In this document: positions 10,240-20,295 of the stretch, in pieces
Position numbering within the stretch: position 1 is the first letter of the stretch
How the letters are laid out: every line of letters begins with the position of its first letter
DNA from: an uncultured Candidatus Saccharibacteria bacterium
GTDB taxonomy: Bacteria > Patescibacteriota > Minisyncoccia > Phycocordibacterales > UBA9973
Assembly (NCBI GenBank): GCA_964631935.1
Contig: CAZWAV010000002.1
Coordinates: forward strand, 39,058 to 103,057
Reading direction: 5' to 3'
Length of the DNA: 64,000 bases
Made by a program: the position numbers and the translations under genes
The notes under the pieces: generated by a model
What the model was told of the DNA's origin: nothing
The model's input: only the letters and a program-made list of their open reading frames with translations
Database searches by the model: none

Positions 10240-10281
10240 ATATTTGTGAGATTACTACTAATGGAACTATTATACTACAAA

Positions 10282-10773
10282 TTAGACCACTAGCGCGTCG
10301 ATTTCCTTATCGATAGTTTCTTCATTGATAGGGCCAGTTTCTTCAGCTTTTGGGGCTGATCGGCGCTTTACTCCTTCTGTCTTACCATAAGCACGCTTAG
10401 TAGACATAGTACTTTCACGAACAGTCTTGATCATAAGATAACGAACGAGCTTTTCGTTCTTGTCTAATAGATCTTTGATAACTTTCGCTTGAGCTGTCGT
10501 ACATTCAAACTTTACCCAACCGAAGTATCCATATGAAAACTTCTGCTTTTTGTTCGCAATTGAACGAGACATCTCGTAGGCAAGCTCCATCATCTTTGGA
10601 TATTCGTCAGATATGAATGTTACTCCATGCTCTGTTAGCATATCTTTAAATGCTGTAACTTCCCCACCTAAACCTTCCTCAGCGATTGTTGGTACCATTA
10701 TGTATCCAACTTCGTAAACACTTTGCTTTACCTCTTCTGCACCTTCAACCTCTACTTCTTTTTCTTTTGCCAT
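10282..10773 (-). CDS. rpsF: 30S ribosomal protein S6 with C-terminal extension
   Basis: YEVGYIMVP...LAYEM...GYFGWVKFE pattern; conserved rpsF-ssb-rpsR gene order. Confidence 0.8.
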   Translation of the reverse strand: MAKEKEVEVEGAEEVKQSVYEVGYIMVPTIAEEGLGGEVTAFKDMLTEHGVTFISDEYPKMMELAYEMSRSIANKKQKFSYGYFGWVKFECTTAQAKVIKDLLDKNEKLVRYLMIKTVRESTMSTKRAYGKTEGVKRRSAPKAEETGPINEETIDKEIDALVV

Positions 10774-10907
10774 TACTTAAAGTGCGTAAAATACGCAATA
10801 ATTGTTATTTTTAATATCATCCTACTATGGACCTGTGTGTACCGGTTATAAGACCGGGACAAGTAAGATGTGGGGTTATACTAGCAGAATTAAGCCAAAA
10901 TGTCCAA
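10774..10907 (-). promoter_or_regulatory. structured 5' leader/promoter region of the rpsF-ssb-rpsR operon
   Basis: 134-nt non-coding spacer with two hairpins (ccggtcttataaccgg; tgcgtattttacgca) and TTGGAC...TAGTAT promoter-like hexamers. Confidence 0.3.
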
Positions 10908-11750
10908 TTAGATACCGAAGACACGCTTGGCATTATTTATTATGGCTTCCGCCACTTCATTTTCTGCTAAACCTTTAATTTCAGCTATTTTTTTGACTAC
11001 TTCAGAGACATAGATCGGTTCGTTACGTTTACCTCTATAAGGTGCTGGGGTGACATAAGGGGCATCAGTTTCAGACATTATCATATCGAGTGGTATGTTC
11101 CGAATAACCTCATCGTAACTACGCGCAAATGTAATAACTCCAGTAAAAGAGAGGGTGAACCCGAAATCAATATATCCTTTTGCGTCTTCCCAGTCCCCTG
11201 CAAAAAAATGCACGTCACCTTTTACTTTTCCATATTGTTTCAAAATTTCTAATGCATCGCTATAAGCATTTAATTCCTTATGTTCAGGATTATTACGAAT
11301 ATGGAGCATTAATGGCTTCCCTATTTCATTTGCAATTTCAATTTGTCCAATGAATGCTTTCTTTTGCTTCTCAATAGATTCTTCTGTGCACCTAAAATAA
11401 TCGAGTCCACATTCACCGACAGCTACAACTTTCGGATCACGTAAAAGTTGTAAATATTTTTCTTTATCAAACACTTCTCCCCGTGATGTAAATTCTGCTC
11501 CTCCTTCACCCAGCTCTTTCTCATCATGGAACGATGCACCTGTATGTATAGGATGAAGTCCAATAATCGCATAAACTCCTTTTTCATATTGATGTGCTAT
11601 CTCTACAGCTTTCTTGGATGTATCAATCTGTGTACCGACATTTATAACCCAAGTATCATTCTCTAGCGCTCTCTTAATAACTTCATCTCGATCTTCGTCG
11701 AACGCTTTGAAGTTCACATGTGAATGTATATCTATATATTTTGGAGTCAT
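10908..11750 (-). CDS. TatD-family metal-dependent hydrolase
   Basis: IDIHSHVNF...GLHP...GECGLDY... motifs; start chosen at the internal Met (MTPKYIDIH) to avoid overlap with metG. Confidence 0.8.
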   Translation of the reverse strand: MTPKYIDIHSHVNFKAFDEDRDEVIKRALENDTWVINVGTQIDTSKKAVEIAHQYEKGVYAIIGLHPIHTGASFHDEKELGEGGAEFTSRGEVFDKEKYLQLLRDPKVVAVGECGLDYFRCTEESIEKQKKAFIGQIEIANEIGKPLMLHIRNNPEHKELNAYSDALEILKQYGKVKGDVHFFAGDWEDAKGYIDFGFTLSFTGVITFARSYDEVIRNIPLDMIMSETDAPYVTPAPYRGKRNEPIYVSEVVKKIAEIKGLAENEVAEAIINNAKRVFGI

Positions 11751-11751
11751 T

Positions 11752-13194
11752 TTAATCTTTTCTCGCAAATAATGGAGCTTCAGGTTTTTTATTTGCCTTG
11801 ATTAGAGCTTTTAGCCTTACATTTGTTTCTGAAAGTATTGGGTTGAGCATACGGGCTATCTGGTATAGACGAAGCACCATCATTATAATAAGTTCCTTGC
11901 CTTTATCTTCATCGATCTTTACTACTTTAAATGGCTCTGTCTCTTGGATGAATTTATCAAGTTCTGCAATTTCATTCCAAATATAATCAGTAACTTTTTT
12001 TAAATCAAATGTCTCATATAGTTTGAAATATTCTGTAAAATCAGACTTCTCGGGAATAATAGGACATTCATCTAAATATTTCTCCGATAGAGTGAGTATT
12101 CGACTCGCTAGATTTCCTATACCATTAGCAAGGCCAGAGTTATAAGCCTCTTTAAATCTCTCCATTGTAAATGGACTATCTTCAAAGGCTGAGAGCTCAC
12201 GTAATACGAAATAACGAAGTGCCTCTGTGCCATATTCATTCACAATGTCATAAGGATTGATAACATTGCCTATAGATTTAGACATTTTAATACCTCCATC
12301 TCCAGTAATAAAACCATTTATGATTATTTGTTTTGAATTTGGTAATCCTGCAGCCATGAGCATTGCTTGCCACATTGCTGATTGTTGACGAAGATTATCT
12401 TTACCGCAGTATTGAGTTGGCATTCCGTCAGTCCAGAATTTCTCAAATTGTTCTGTATCCTCTGGCCAGCCAAGAGTAGATATATAATTCACAAGTGCGT
12501 CGAACCATACATACATAACATGCTCTTCATCTCCAGGCACTGGCACACCCCAAGACATTTTTGAAGCAAGCCTAGAAATTGAAAAATCTTCGAGCCCACT
12601 TTCTACGAAAGATTTAATTTCGTTAAATCTAAAATCGGGTATTACAAAGTTAGGATTCTTTTCATAAAAATCGAGAAGTGGTTGCTCGAATGCTGAAAAT
12701 TTAAAGAAGTAATTCTCTTCATCTATAAGCTCTACTTGTTTACCAGGGTGTATTGGACACTCACCTTTATCATTTAATTCTGAATCAGTCTTCTCGAGTT
12801 CACAACCTACGCAGTATTTAGTCTGGTAAGTCTTCTTGTATATGTATCCTCTTTCATCGCAACGATTCCAGAATTCTTGAGCAGCAGTTATGTGGTGAGC
12901 ATCAGTTGTGCGGATAAAATGTACATCATCTGATATGCCAAGCAAACTTTTCAAACCACGGAAACGTTCAGCAAATCCATCTACATATTCTTGTACATCT
13001 TTACCTTCTGCAATAGCTGCAGTTAAAAGTTTCTGTCCATGTTCATCTGTACCAGTATTAAAAAATACTTCAAACCCATCGAGTTTTTTTGCTCGAGCTA
13101 TCACATCCGCACGTATTATTTCCATAGCAAAGCCAACATGCGGATCAGCATTTACATATGGAAGAGTCGTAGTAATATAAAAGTTTTTAGACAT
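11752..13194 (-). CDS. metG: methionyl-tRNA synthetase, minimal form
   Basis: Class I Rossmann fold with KMSKS (IKMSKSIGN), Cys knuckle, anticodon-binding helices; HIGH position reads PHVGFA. Confidence 0.9.
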   Translation of the reverse strand: MSKNFYITTTLPYVNADPHVGFAMEIIRADVIARAKKLDGFEVFFNTGTDEHGQKLLTAAIAEGKDVQEYVDGFAERFRGLKSLLGISDDVHFIRTTDAHHITAAQEFWNRCDERGYIYKKTYQTKYCVGCELEKTDSELNDKGECPIHPGKQVELIDEENYFFKFSAFEQPLLDFYEKNPNFVIPDFRFNEIKSFVESGLEDFSISRLASKMSWGVPVPGDEEHVMYVWFDALVNYISTLGWPEDTEQFEKFWTDGMPTQYCGKDNLRQQSAMWQAMLMAAGLPNSKQIIINGFITGDGGIKMSKSIGNVINPYDIVNEYGTEALRYFVLRELSAFEDSPFTMERFKEAYNSGLANGIGNLASRILTLSEKYLDECPIIPEKSDFTEYFKLYETFDLKKVTDYIWNEIAELDKFIQETEPFKVVKIDEDKGKELIIMMVLRLYQIARMLNPILSETNVRLKALIKANKKPEAPLFARKD

Positions 13195-13196
13195 AT

Positions 13197-14249
13197 CTAT
13201 GCGCGGGCTACTTTTTTCTTTTCTAAATCATCAAGGAATTCAAGCAAACAAACAGCACAAGGGATAGACAATATTACTCCCCAGAACCCTGCGAGTGTTC
13301 CTCCTACAAGAAGCGAGATAATAACAACAAGAGGAGAAATACCAGTGGCTCGCTTTACAACTAGAGGATAGATCAAGTATGTCTCAAATTGACCAAGAAT
13401 AAAGTACATAAGTGCTGTTACGGCAGCGACAGTTACACCACCGTCTATATAAGCAAAGAGAATTCCCGGAATAGTAGCAAGAACAAGTCCAAATGGCACA
13501 AGTTCAGCGACCACAACAAGAAGCGCAAGAACAAGAGAATACTTCACACCTATAATAGTTAACCCTAAGTAAGTGAGCATACCAACTATGGTACCCATAA
13601 GCATCTGGCCTTGCATCCACAAGCCAATTTTGCGTTCAGTTCGTTGCCATAAACTTATTATATATTCTTCATGGATAGCTGGTGTGATAATGCGCAAGAA
13701 GCTCTCTATCCCACGCTCTGTAACTGATAGATAAAAAGAGAGGATAATAATCAGAAGAAGATTTACTACCCCATCGAAAGCTGAACCGAAAATATTGAAA
13801 AATCCACCAGACAGGCTTGTGACCAAATTCTGTGTACTCTTAATAACATCAGCTATAGATGCATTGTGAGATATGGTAGATACAACTCCTTTGGCGCCAG
13901 ATAGAGTATCTGGCTGGAATGTGTTTAAGATACTACTATTTGGAATATATTTACCAAGCTGGACTACCAGTGTAGACATTTCTGAAATAAACACTGGGAC
14001 AAATACAGATAGTAATCCGAAAACCACAGCAAATGAAGCTAGGTAGATTAGAAATACGGCCATCGTACGATTCTTTATATACTTCTTCATCTTTTTGACA
14101 GCGAACTCAATAAATGAAGCTATCACAATAGAAGTGAGTAGTATAAGTATTATGCTCGTAAGCTTTATAAGAGCCCAAAAAACTACACCAAAAAGGATGA
14201 CTCTTATAATGGACCCATTTGATATAGATATTTTAGTATTCTTTTCCAT
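13197..14249 (-). CDS. AI-2E family (PerM-like) membrane transporter
   Basis: 350 aa, about 8 TM helices, conserved C-terminal ...IPGIL...GG.LAGFWGVILSIP segment. Confidence 0.6.
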   Translation of the reverse strand: MEKNTKISISNGSIIRVILFGVVFWALIKLTSIILILLTSIVIASFIEFAVKKMKKYIKNRTMAVFLIYLASFAVVFGLLSVFVPVFISEMSTLVVQLGKYIPNSSILNTFQPDTLSGAKGVVSTISHNASIADVIKSTQNLVTSLSGGFFNIFGSAFDGVVNLLLIIILSFYLSVTERGIESFLRIITPAIHEEYIISLWQRTERKIGLWMQGQMLMGTIVGMLTYLGLTIIGVKYSLVLALLVVVAELVPFGLVLATIPGILFAYIDGGVTVAAVTALMYFILGQFETYLIYPLVVKRATGISPLVVIISLLVGGTLAGFWGVILSIPCAVCLLEFLDDLEKKKVARA

Positions 14250-14282
14250 ATCGCCATTTTAGCACATTATAGTAATCTGTAC

Positions 14283-15554
14283 CTAAAACTTTAGAAGGTT
14301 TTTAAAATGGTCACTATCCTTAAATGGACCTATGATAGCAAGGTTTAGGTGGTTATTTTTGAAGATAATTTTAGCCATTTTCATAATGTCTTTAGATGTA
14401 ACTTTCTGTATGTTCTTTATCTTTTCATCAAGAGTTTTTATTTCTTTTTTCATTAATTCTTGAGTACCGAAAAAGTTTGCTATATCATCTGTGGCTTCAA
14501 GAGAAAGCTTCATATTACCAACAAGAAAAGATTTTACCTTGGAAAGCTCTTTTTCACTTACTTCTTCTTTTGTCAGACGAGTGCATTCTTTCAATATCTC
14601 TTTTATAACTTCTTCTGTTCGGGCATTGTTAACTCCTGCAGATATTTGGAAAGCTCCACGATCAAGCGATGGATCATTATAAGCACGTATATAATAAGCT
14701 ACGCCTAATTCTTCACGAAGCTTAATAAAAAGTCTTGAGCTCATGCCTGCGCCAAGCACAGCAGAGAGAACAGAGAGTGTTGTATTCCTTTTGTCTTTCA
14801 ATGGAAATGTTCTAACTCCTAGAACAAAATGAGTCTGATCTGTTGCTTTATGCTTCACAATTGTATTTGGTTTTGTCTGATTATCTTTCGTTCGGACCTT
14901 GCTACCCTTCTTGCTGGTATGAACATCTTTAAAATGTTTAGTAGCTTCTTTGTAAACTTCGCCTTCACTCACACTACCAGCAACTATGATCACAGTGTTT
15001 TCGGCAACATAATGAGTCTTTTTGTATTTAACAAAATCATCCCGAGTCATGGCTTTTACATTTTCTCTTGTTCCAGCAATATTCCACCCAGCTGGCTGGT
15101 CGCCATAGAGAACTTCTTGGAATAAATCCTGCACATGACTCTGAGGCATATCTTCATACATATTTATCTCTTCTACTATCACACCTTTTTCTTTCTGCAT
15201 CTCAGCTTCTGGAAATGTAGAGTTTAAGTAAATATCAGAAATAACATCAAAAATCTTTTTGAAATTCTTTGCGTCAGATTTGGCATAGTACCCAGTCATC
15301 TCGTGACCTGTAAATGCATTGTATTGGGAACCAAGAGCATCGAGTTCATGAGATATAGCTTGAGCTGTAAGCCTCTTTGTGGTCCCTTTGAAGCACATAT
15401 GCTCCAGGAAATGAGAAATGCCGTTTATCTTTTTTGTCTCATAATCTGATCCTGTACCGACAAGGACAAGAACTGTGACTGTCGGGTTATCTTTCATGGG
15501 AATGGTCACTATTCGTAGACCATTTTTAAATGTCTTCTTTTTTGGTTTTTGCAT
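14283..15554 (-). CDS. M16-family zinc peptidase (insulinase-like)
   Basis: Inverted zinc motif HFLEHMCFKGT (HxxEH) near the N-terminus; 423 aa. Confidence 0.75.
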   Translation of the reverse strand: MQKPKKKTFKNGLRIVTIPMKDNPTVTVLVLVGTGSDYETKKINGISHFLEHMCFKGTTKRLTAQAISHELDALGSQYNAFTGHEMTGYYAKSDAKNFKKIFDVISDIYLNSTFPEAEMQKEKGVIVEEINMYEDMPQSHVQDLFQEVLYGDQPAGWNIAGTRENVKAMTRDDFVKYKKTHYVAENTVIIVAGSVSEGEVYKEATKHFKDVHTSKKGSKVRTKDNQTKPNTIVKHKATDQTHFVLGVRTFPLKDKRNTTLSVLSAVLGAGMSSRLFIKLREELGVAYYIRAYNDPSLDRGAFQISAGVNNARTEEVIKEILKECTRLTKEEVSEKELSKVKSFLVGNMKLSLEATDDIANFFGTQELMKKEIKTLDEKIKNIQKVTSKDIMKMAKIIFKNNHLNLAIIGPFKDSDHFKNLLKF

Positions 15555-16870
15555 TAGCTTAGTCTGTCTTTAATATAATCTATAATATCTTCTTTTTTTA
15601 TTCTCTCTTGTGTTCCTGTATCACGATCGCGGATTGTGACGGTATCTTTGTGTTCTGGATTCTCTTCGCCTAGCGTATCAAAGTCTACAACAATACACCA
15701 TGGTGTACCTATCTCATCCTGTCTGCGATAACGCTTACCTATGTTGCCATTATCATCCCACATGACTCGTCCAAACTCATCTTTTAACATTCTATACACT
15801 GTGTGGGCGTAATCGCGAAGCTCTGGCTTATTTTTAAGTAGAGGTGAAACAGCACATATTACTGGTGCAACAGAAGGCTTAAAAGCTAAGTATGGTCGCA
15901 CTTCTTCTCCTTTTGTATCTTCTGTATAAGAACTCGCCATTATCGCAAGAATTGTACGATCAAGGCCAAAAGATGGCTCGATAACATGAGGAGTAATCTT
16001 TTCACTCGTCTCTTCGTCTTGATATGTAAGTCCATGGTTTTTCAAATCAAAATCAGTACGATATGCTAGACCGTATAATTCTTTCTTTCCAAACGGAAAA
16101 TCAAATTCAAAATCTATAGTGCGCGCAGAGTAATGAGCGCGATCTCCATCGCCTACTTCAAGCTCATGTATATGATTCATATCGATTCCAATCATTTCCA
16201 TCCACTTAAGCATCTCATTTCTGAAATATTCAAAATATTTTTCCCATTCTTCAGGCTTTAAGAAATATTCGATTTCCATCTGTTCGAATTCACGCACACG
16301 GAATATAAAGTCTCGTGGAGTAATCTCATTACGAAAAGCTTTACCAATCTGAGCAAGACCAAATGGCAATTTTGGATGGAATGAATCAACAACATTTTTG
16401 AAATTCACGAACATTCCTTGAGCTGTCTCAGGGCGTAGATATACAGTCGCAGATGAATCTTCAACCGCACCGATTTGAGTTTGGAACATCATATTGAATT
16501 GTCTTGCTTCGCCTGTTGCTCCGCCACAATCATCACATACACCTTCTTCTTTTAGTTGGTCAGCTCGAAAGCGACGCTTACATTTTGTGCACTCAACAAG
16601 AGGATCAGTAAATGTATCAACGTGCCCACTCGCCTTCCAAACTTCAGCATTCATAAGTATAGCCGCATCCACTCCATACATATCCTCTCTAGAGTCTACG
16701 AACATTTTCCACCAAAGATTTTTAATATTATTTTTAAGCGCTACACCAAGAGGACCGTAATCCCAAGTACCTGCGAGTCCACCATAGACTTCAGATCCTT
16801 GATAAATAAACCCCCGTCTTTTTGATAGAGAGATAATCTTTTCCATTAAATTCTTTTGATCTTTTTCCAT
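15554..16870 (-). CDS. glyQS: glycyl-tRNA synthetase, class II dimeric type
   Basis: N-terminus RRGFIYQGSEVYGGLAGTWDYGPLG, class II motifs, C-terminal anticodon-binding domain; start codon overlaps upstream stop (ATGA). Confidence 0.85.
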   Translation of the reverse strand: MEKDQKNLMEKIISLSKRRGFIYQGSEVYGGLAGTWDYGPLGVALKNNIKNLWWKMFVDSREDMYGVDAAILMNAEVWKASGHVDTFTDPLVECTKCKRRFRADQLKEEGVCDDCGGATGEARQFNMMFQTQIGAVEDSSATVYLRPETAQGMFVNFKNVVDSFHPKLPFGLAQIGKAFRNEITPRDFIFRVREFEQMEIEYFLKPEEWEKYFEYFRNEMLKWMEMIGIDMNHIHELEVGDGDRAHYSARTIDFEFDFPFGKKELYGLAYRTDFDLKNHGLTYQDEETSEKITPHVIEPSFGLDRTILAIMASSYTEDTKGEEVRPYLAFKPSVAPVICAVSPLLKNKPELRDYAHTVYRMLKDEFGRVMWDDNGNIGKRYRRQDEIGTPWCIVVDFDTLGEENPEHKDTVTIRDRDTGTQERIKKEDIIDYIKDRLS

Positions 16871-16873
16871 ATA

Positions 16874-18778
16874 TTATTTTACAACACGCTCATTACCGCT
16901 CTTAAACATCGGATCATTTGTTAGCTGTGTTGTTATTGGACCACGACTACTCTTAACTGCAGTTCCAGTAAATGAATCCATGCCTGAAAGGGCGATATTT
17001 TTCATAAGCTGGGGAACGCTATCGACTTGGGAAAGTGATGGCTTGAGTGACAAAATGAATGAAACTTCACGATTTGTATCAAAGCCTGTATTTGGGCGGA
17101 CAGAACCTATATTCCATATCACTTCTCGAGTCGTCTCATTATACGTAATATTTTCATTTGTGCCAGCCGTAGCTCCAACCCACTTAATATATATAGGTAG
17201 TATAGACCTAGCTTGAGCTTGAGTAATACTATTCACCGAGTTTGAGAGAGTCCAAGTTATTGTGTATTTTGTCTCAGTTTCAGCCTTTGGTGGAAGTGAG
17301 CCAGCTGTATATGTTGCCGATGAGGCAATCTGGAAATCAGACAATATCTTTACAATTTTCTTTGCAAAATTATTAACTTCACTAGATGTCGAACCTTCTG
17401 ATGGCTGTGTACCCTTTATACTGACATTAAGAGCAATTTGTGGATCTTTAATTTTTGCCGCTGATCCGACAAGAGACCTCGGCTTGAAATTAAATGACAC
17501 TGATCCTGAAGCTCCCGGCTCTACTGATGCAAGCTCAGGAATAGTATTTTTATCCCAGATGATTTGGCTGTTTGCTGAATCGTAGAATCCTTCTTGTGGA
17601 TTTACTTCTGATTTATCAAATACATTACCAGATATATTCATAATAATCTGCGCATTTGTAATACGCGTCGGCAAATTATTAGACCAAGCAATCTCCGCAT
17701 TTACAGTCTCTCCTCCACTTGCTGTATAGGTTGGCAAATCTTGACTGTTGACCAAGATACGAGCTTCGAGGAATGGTTTTGTGATAGTTAGAGTTTTCAA
17801 CAATGAATTGTACACAACATCGACAACAGATTGATTGGTCGGGCTAGTAGTACCAGCGTAAACATGGAATACTTGCTGATCGCCATCTTGGCCTATGAGA
17901 TGTCCAGTAACCGTAATAGTAACAGGGCTTGATTGGGTCAGAGCAGCTAAGTTCCACAAAGAGTTCCCTAGAGAAGGAGTAGGAATTGCACTTTCAAATA
18001 CGAAGTTTGTAGGGTAAGCAACTTGAAGCATAGTGTTGCCGGATGGAAGAGTTGTGTTTAGTGTAGCAGTAACTTTAAACGAAATAGACTGATCAGCCGT
18101 CGCAGTATCTGGCGCGTCGACTATAAGCGATAGCGGTGCAGAACTTATAGTAACAGGATATTCTTTAACTTTTGTGAATATAGCATTAGAACCTTGGGGG
18201 TGATACTCAAGGCTAATTTTAATATTTCGCACAGAAGTCTCATCGCCGAATAATGTGACCTTCATATTGCGAGTTATAATTTCTCCTTTTTTTATAGTTC
18301 CTATAGTTTCGCGAGGCAAACGTATCACATCGGCAGCATTATCACTTGCTCCTCTTGGATACTCAATAACCAAATCAGCAAGTTCTAGGTTTGCATTGTT
18401 GCGATTATTTATTTCTATTTGAAGCGGTAATTCTTCACCACCTTTTGTAAATGCATTACCGAGCACTGTTATGTCTATATTGTCACTTGATACTGAAATA
18501 CCTCCGCGCATAAACATTGACGCAGAGAATATAATAGCACCAACGAAAAATATTGCGGCGCCGATGAAGAACTTTTTAAATGGAGACATTGGTGGCTTTT
18601 TCATTTTGTTAAACCCTGGGTTTTCATCCTTTTTTACTTCACTTTTCCACTCTGTGGCTACATGATGAGGTATAGGATGAAGTACTCCCTCGCGAGGTCT
18701 ATTGGTCACAGTGTCTTCGCGGTCATAAAGCTTACGTTTTATATCTTCTATTTTATTCCTATTTTCGTTCTCGAGCAT
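16874..18778 (-). CDS. membrane-anchored hypothetical protein with large extracytoplasmic beta-rich region
   Basis: 634 aa; ~70-aa cytoplasmic N-terminus, one TM helix (FFIGAAIFFVGAIIF), then Thr/Ser/Val-rich Ig-like segments. Confidence 0.5.
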   Translation of the reverse strand: MLENENRNKIEDIKRKLYDREDTVTNRPREGVLHPIPHHVATEWKSEVKKDENPGFNKMKKPPMSPFKKFFIGAAIFFVGAIIFSASMFMRGGISVSSDNIDITVLGNAFTKGGEELPLQIEINNRNNANLELADLVIEYPRGASDNAADVIRLPRETIGTIKKGEIITRNMKVTLFGDETSVRNIKISLEYHPQGSNAIFTKVKEYPVTISSAPLSLIVDAPDTATADQSISFKVTATLNTTLPSGNTMLQVAYPTNFVFESAIPTPSLGNSLWNLAALTQSSPVTITVTGHLIGQDGDQQVFHVYAGTTSPTNQSVVDVVYNSLLKTLTITKPFLEARILVNSQDLPTYTASGGETVNAEIAWSNNLPTRITNAQIIMNISGNVFDKSEVNPQEGFYDSANSQIIWDKNTIPELASVEPGASGSVSFNFKPRSLVGSAAKIKDPQIALNVSIKGTQPSEGSTSSEVNNFAKKIVKILSDFQIASSATYTAGSLPPKAETETKYTITWTLSNSVNSITQAQARSILPIYIKWVGATAGTNENITYNETTREVIWNIGSVRPNTGFDTNREVSFILSLKPSLSQVDSVPQLMKNIALSGMDSFTGTAVKSSRGPITTQLTNDPMFKSGNERVVK

Positions 18779-18801
18779 AGTAGATATTATATCATAAGAA
18801 A

Positions 18802-19386
18802 TTAAAGCCCGCTTTCATTTAATGCTTTATTTATATGAGCTATTATTGATTGTCTCTCTTTGAGCAGTTCTTCGATTTCCACCTGATCAAAAGAAGTAGA
18901 CAGATATGATGAGAGCATTGTGGACTCACCTATATAACCCAAAGAATTCATTATCCGCAGTACTAAATGTAGCTCTAGCGCTTCACGGGTTTCCTTAGAT
19001 ATAGAAGTATCATCGAGAAGATATAGTGCTTGGAGAAAATCATCAAAAATTTTATTACTTTCCTCTTCCCCATTACAAAATCTTTCTATGAGTTTAGAGA
19101 GTCGCGCAATTAAGAGAAGCGATTGTCTGTCTGATCGTGCATATGGAAACGAAGTTATATTTGTCGCTGAAGTGACACGCCATATATCTTTACCTCGAAC
19201 AAGGTCTACTTTCGTATAAGAGAAATCTTGTAGGGCAAAACGTAGTTTAGACTTGTGAAGTCTAATACCTTGGCAGGTAGCACGCACGAGTCCCATCTCT
19301 CTTGTATAAATAGATAGCATCTTATTCGCCTCTCCAGAATTACGAGATGAGAGGATAAAGCCATGTGTGTGATAGATATGGTGCAT
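18802..19386 (-). CDS. recO: DNA repair protein RecO, short form lacking C-terminal region
   Basis: N-terminal OB-fold aligns with RecO (GFILSSRNSGEANKMLSIYTREMGLVRATCQGIRLHKSKLRFALQDF...); LELHLVLRIMNSLGY helix; classic recO-glyS neighbourhood. Confidence 0.65.
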   Translation of the reverse strand: MHHIYHTHGFILSSRNSGEANKMLSIYTREMGLVRATCQGIRLHKSKLRFALQDFSYTKVDLVRGKDIWRVTSATNITSFPYARSDRQSLLLIARLSKLIERFCNGEEESNKIFDDFLQALYLLDDTSISKETREALELHLVLRIMNSLGYIGESTMLSSYLSTSFDQVEIEELLKERQSIIAHINKALNESGL

Positions 19387-19387
19387 T

Positions 19388-20293
19388 TTATTTAAATAAG
19401 AAATAAGCCCCTAATATCATAAGTAATATAGAGACAACTTTCTGTGCAAGATACTTGCCATAAAATTTTTCTTTTTCTGTACCCTTGAAAATGATTGGGA
19501 TGAGTAATCCATATATAGCGATAAAGAAAGGTTGTGACCCATTGGCAACTGATACCAGGGCAAGGGGTACAACGAGTGATGCAAAGTTGGCTGAGAGTCG
19601 GGCTATAAGATTGAGTGTCTCGTTAAAAATATTCCACCCTATGACACTTCTCTTTTCTTTCAATACAGTAAAAAACGCATTTCGTGAGTTCTTTGATATT
19701 CCAAGCAAGATAAAGCCAAATATAACAGCCCCGACATATTCCCAAAACGTTGTTACCCAAAAGGATGATCCAAGAGCCACCATTTTAAAGATAAGCATAT
19801 TAACAGCAACAAGAAATGAAGCGAGCATCATACGGAAAAAGGATAGTGATCGTATTTTTCTCACAGTCGAATCAAGGTCTATAGACAATACTATTGCTCC
19901 TACTATAACTATAAGGCTCGCTATTATCTGTATTGTTGTTAGTTTTTCTCCGAGGAATATGTACCCTAAGATTAAAGAGAACACAAATATCATTTGGAAA
20001 AGAGGAGCGACTAAAGATGCTTCATCTTCTTGAAGCGCATAGACATATGGCACATAAGAAGCCACAAATATAATGCCTCCTATTACAATCCAGATAGCCT
20101 GGCTAAGAGAGATCGCAAGCACAGGGACAAAAAACGATATGACAATAGCAGCAATACCAGCTGTCATAGATGTAAAGAGTACAAGCAAGGTAACAGGCGC
20201 ATGACTAAAATACTTACTGATAATAAATTTATCAATATGATTCACAGCTCCCCAAATCGCCGGAGCAAGTAGCGCATAAAATATCCAGGACAT
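19388..20293 (-). CDS. EamA/DMT-family membrane transporter
   Basis: 301 aa, about 10 TM helices, duplicated 5-TM halves. Confidence 0.55.
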   Translation of the reverse strand: MSWIFYALLAPAIWGAVNHIDKFIISKYFSHAPVTLLVLFTSMTAGIAAIVISFFVPVLAISLSQAIWIVIGGIIFVASYVPYVYALQEDEASLVAPLFQMIFVFSLILGYIFLGEKLTTIQIIASLIVIVGAIVLSIDLDSTVRKIRSLSFFRMMLASFLVAVNMLIFKMVALGSSFWVTTFWEYVGAVIFGFILLGISKNSRNAFFTVLKEKRSVIGWNIFNETLNLIARLSANFASLVVPLALVSVANGSQPFFIAIYGLLIPIIFKGTEKEKFYGKYLAQKVVSILLMILGAYFLFK

Positions 20294-20295
20294 AA

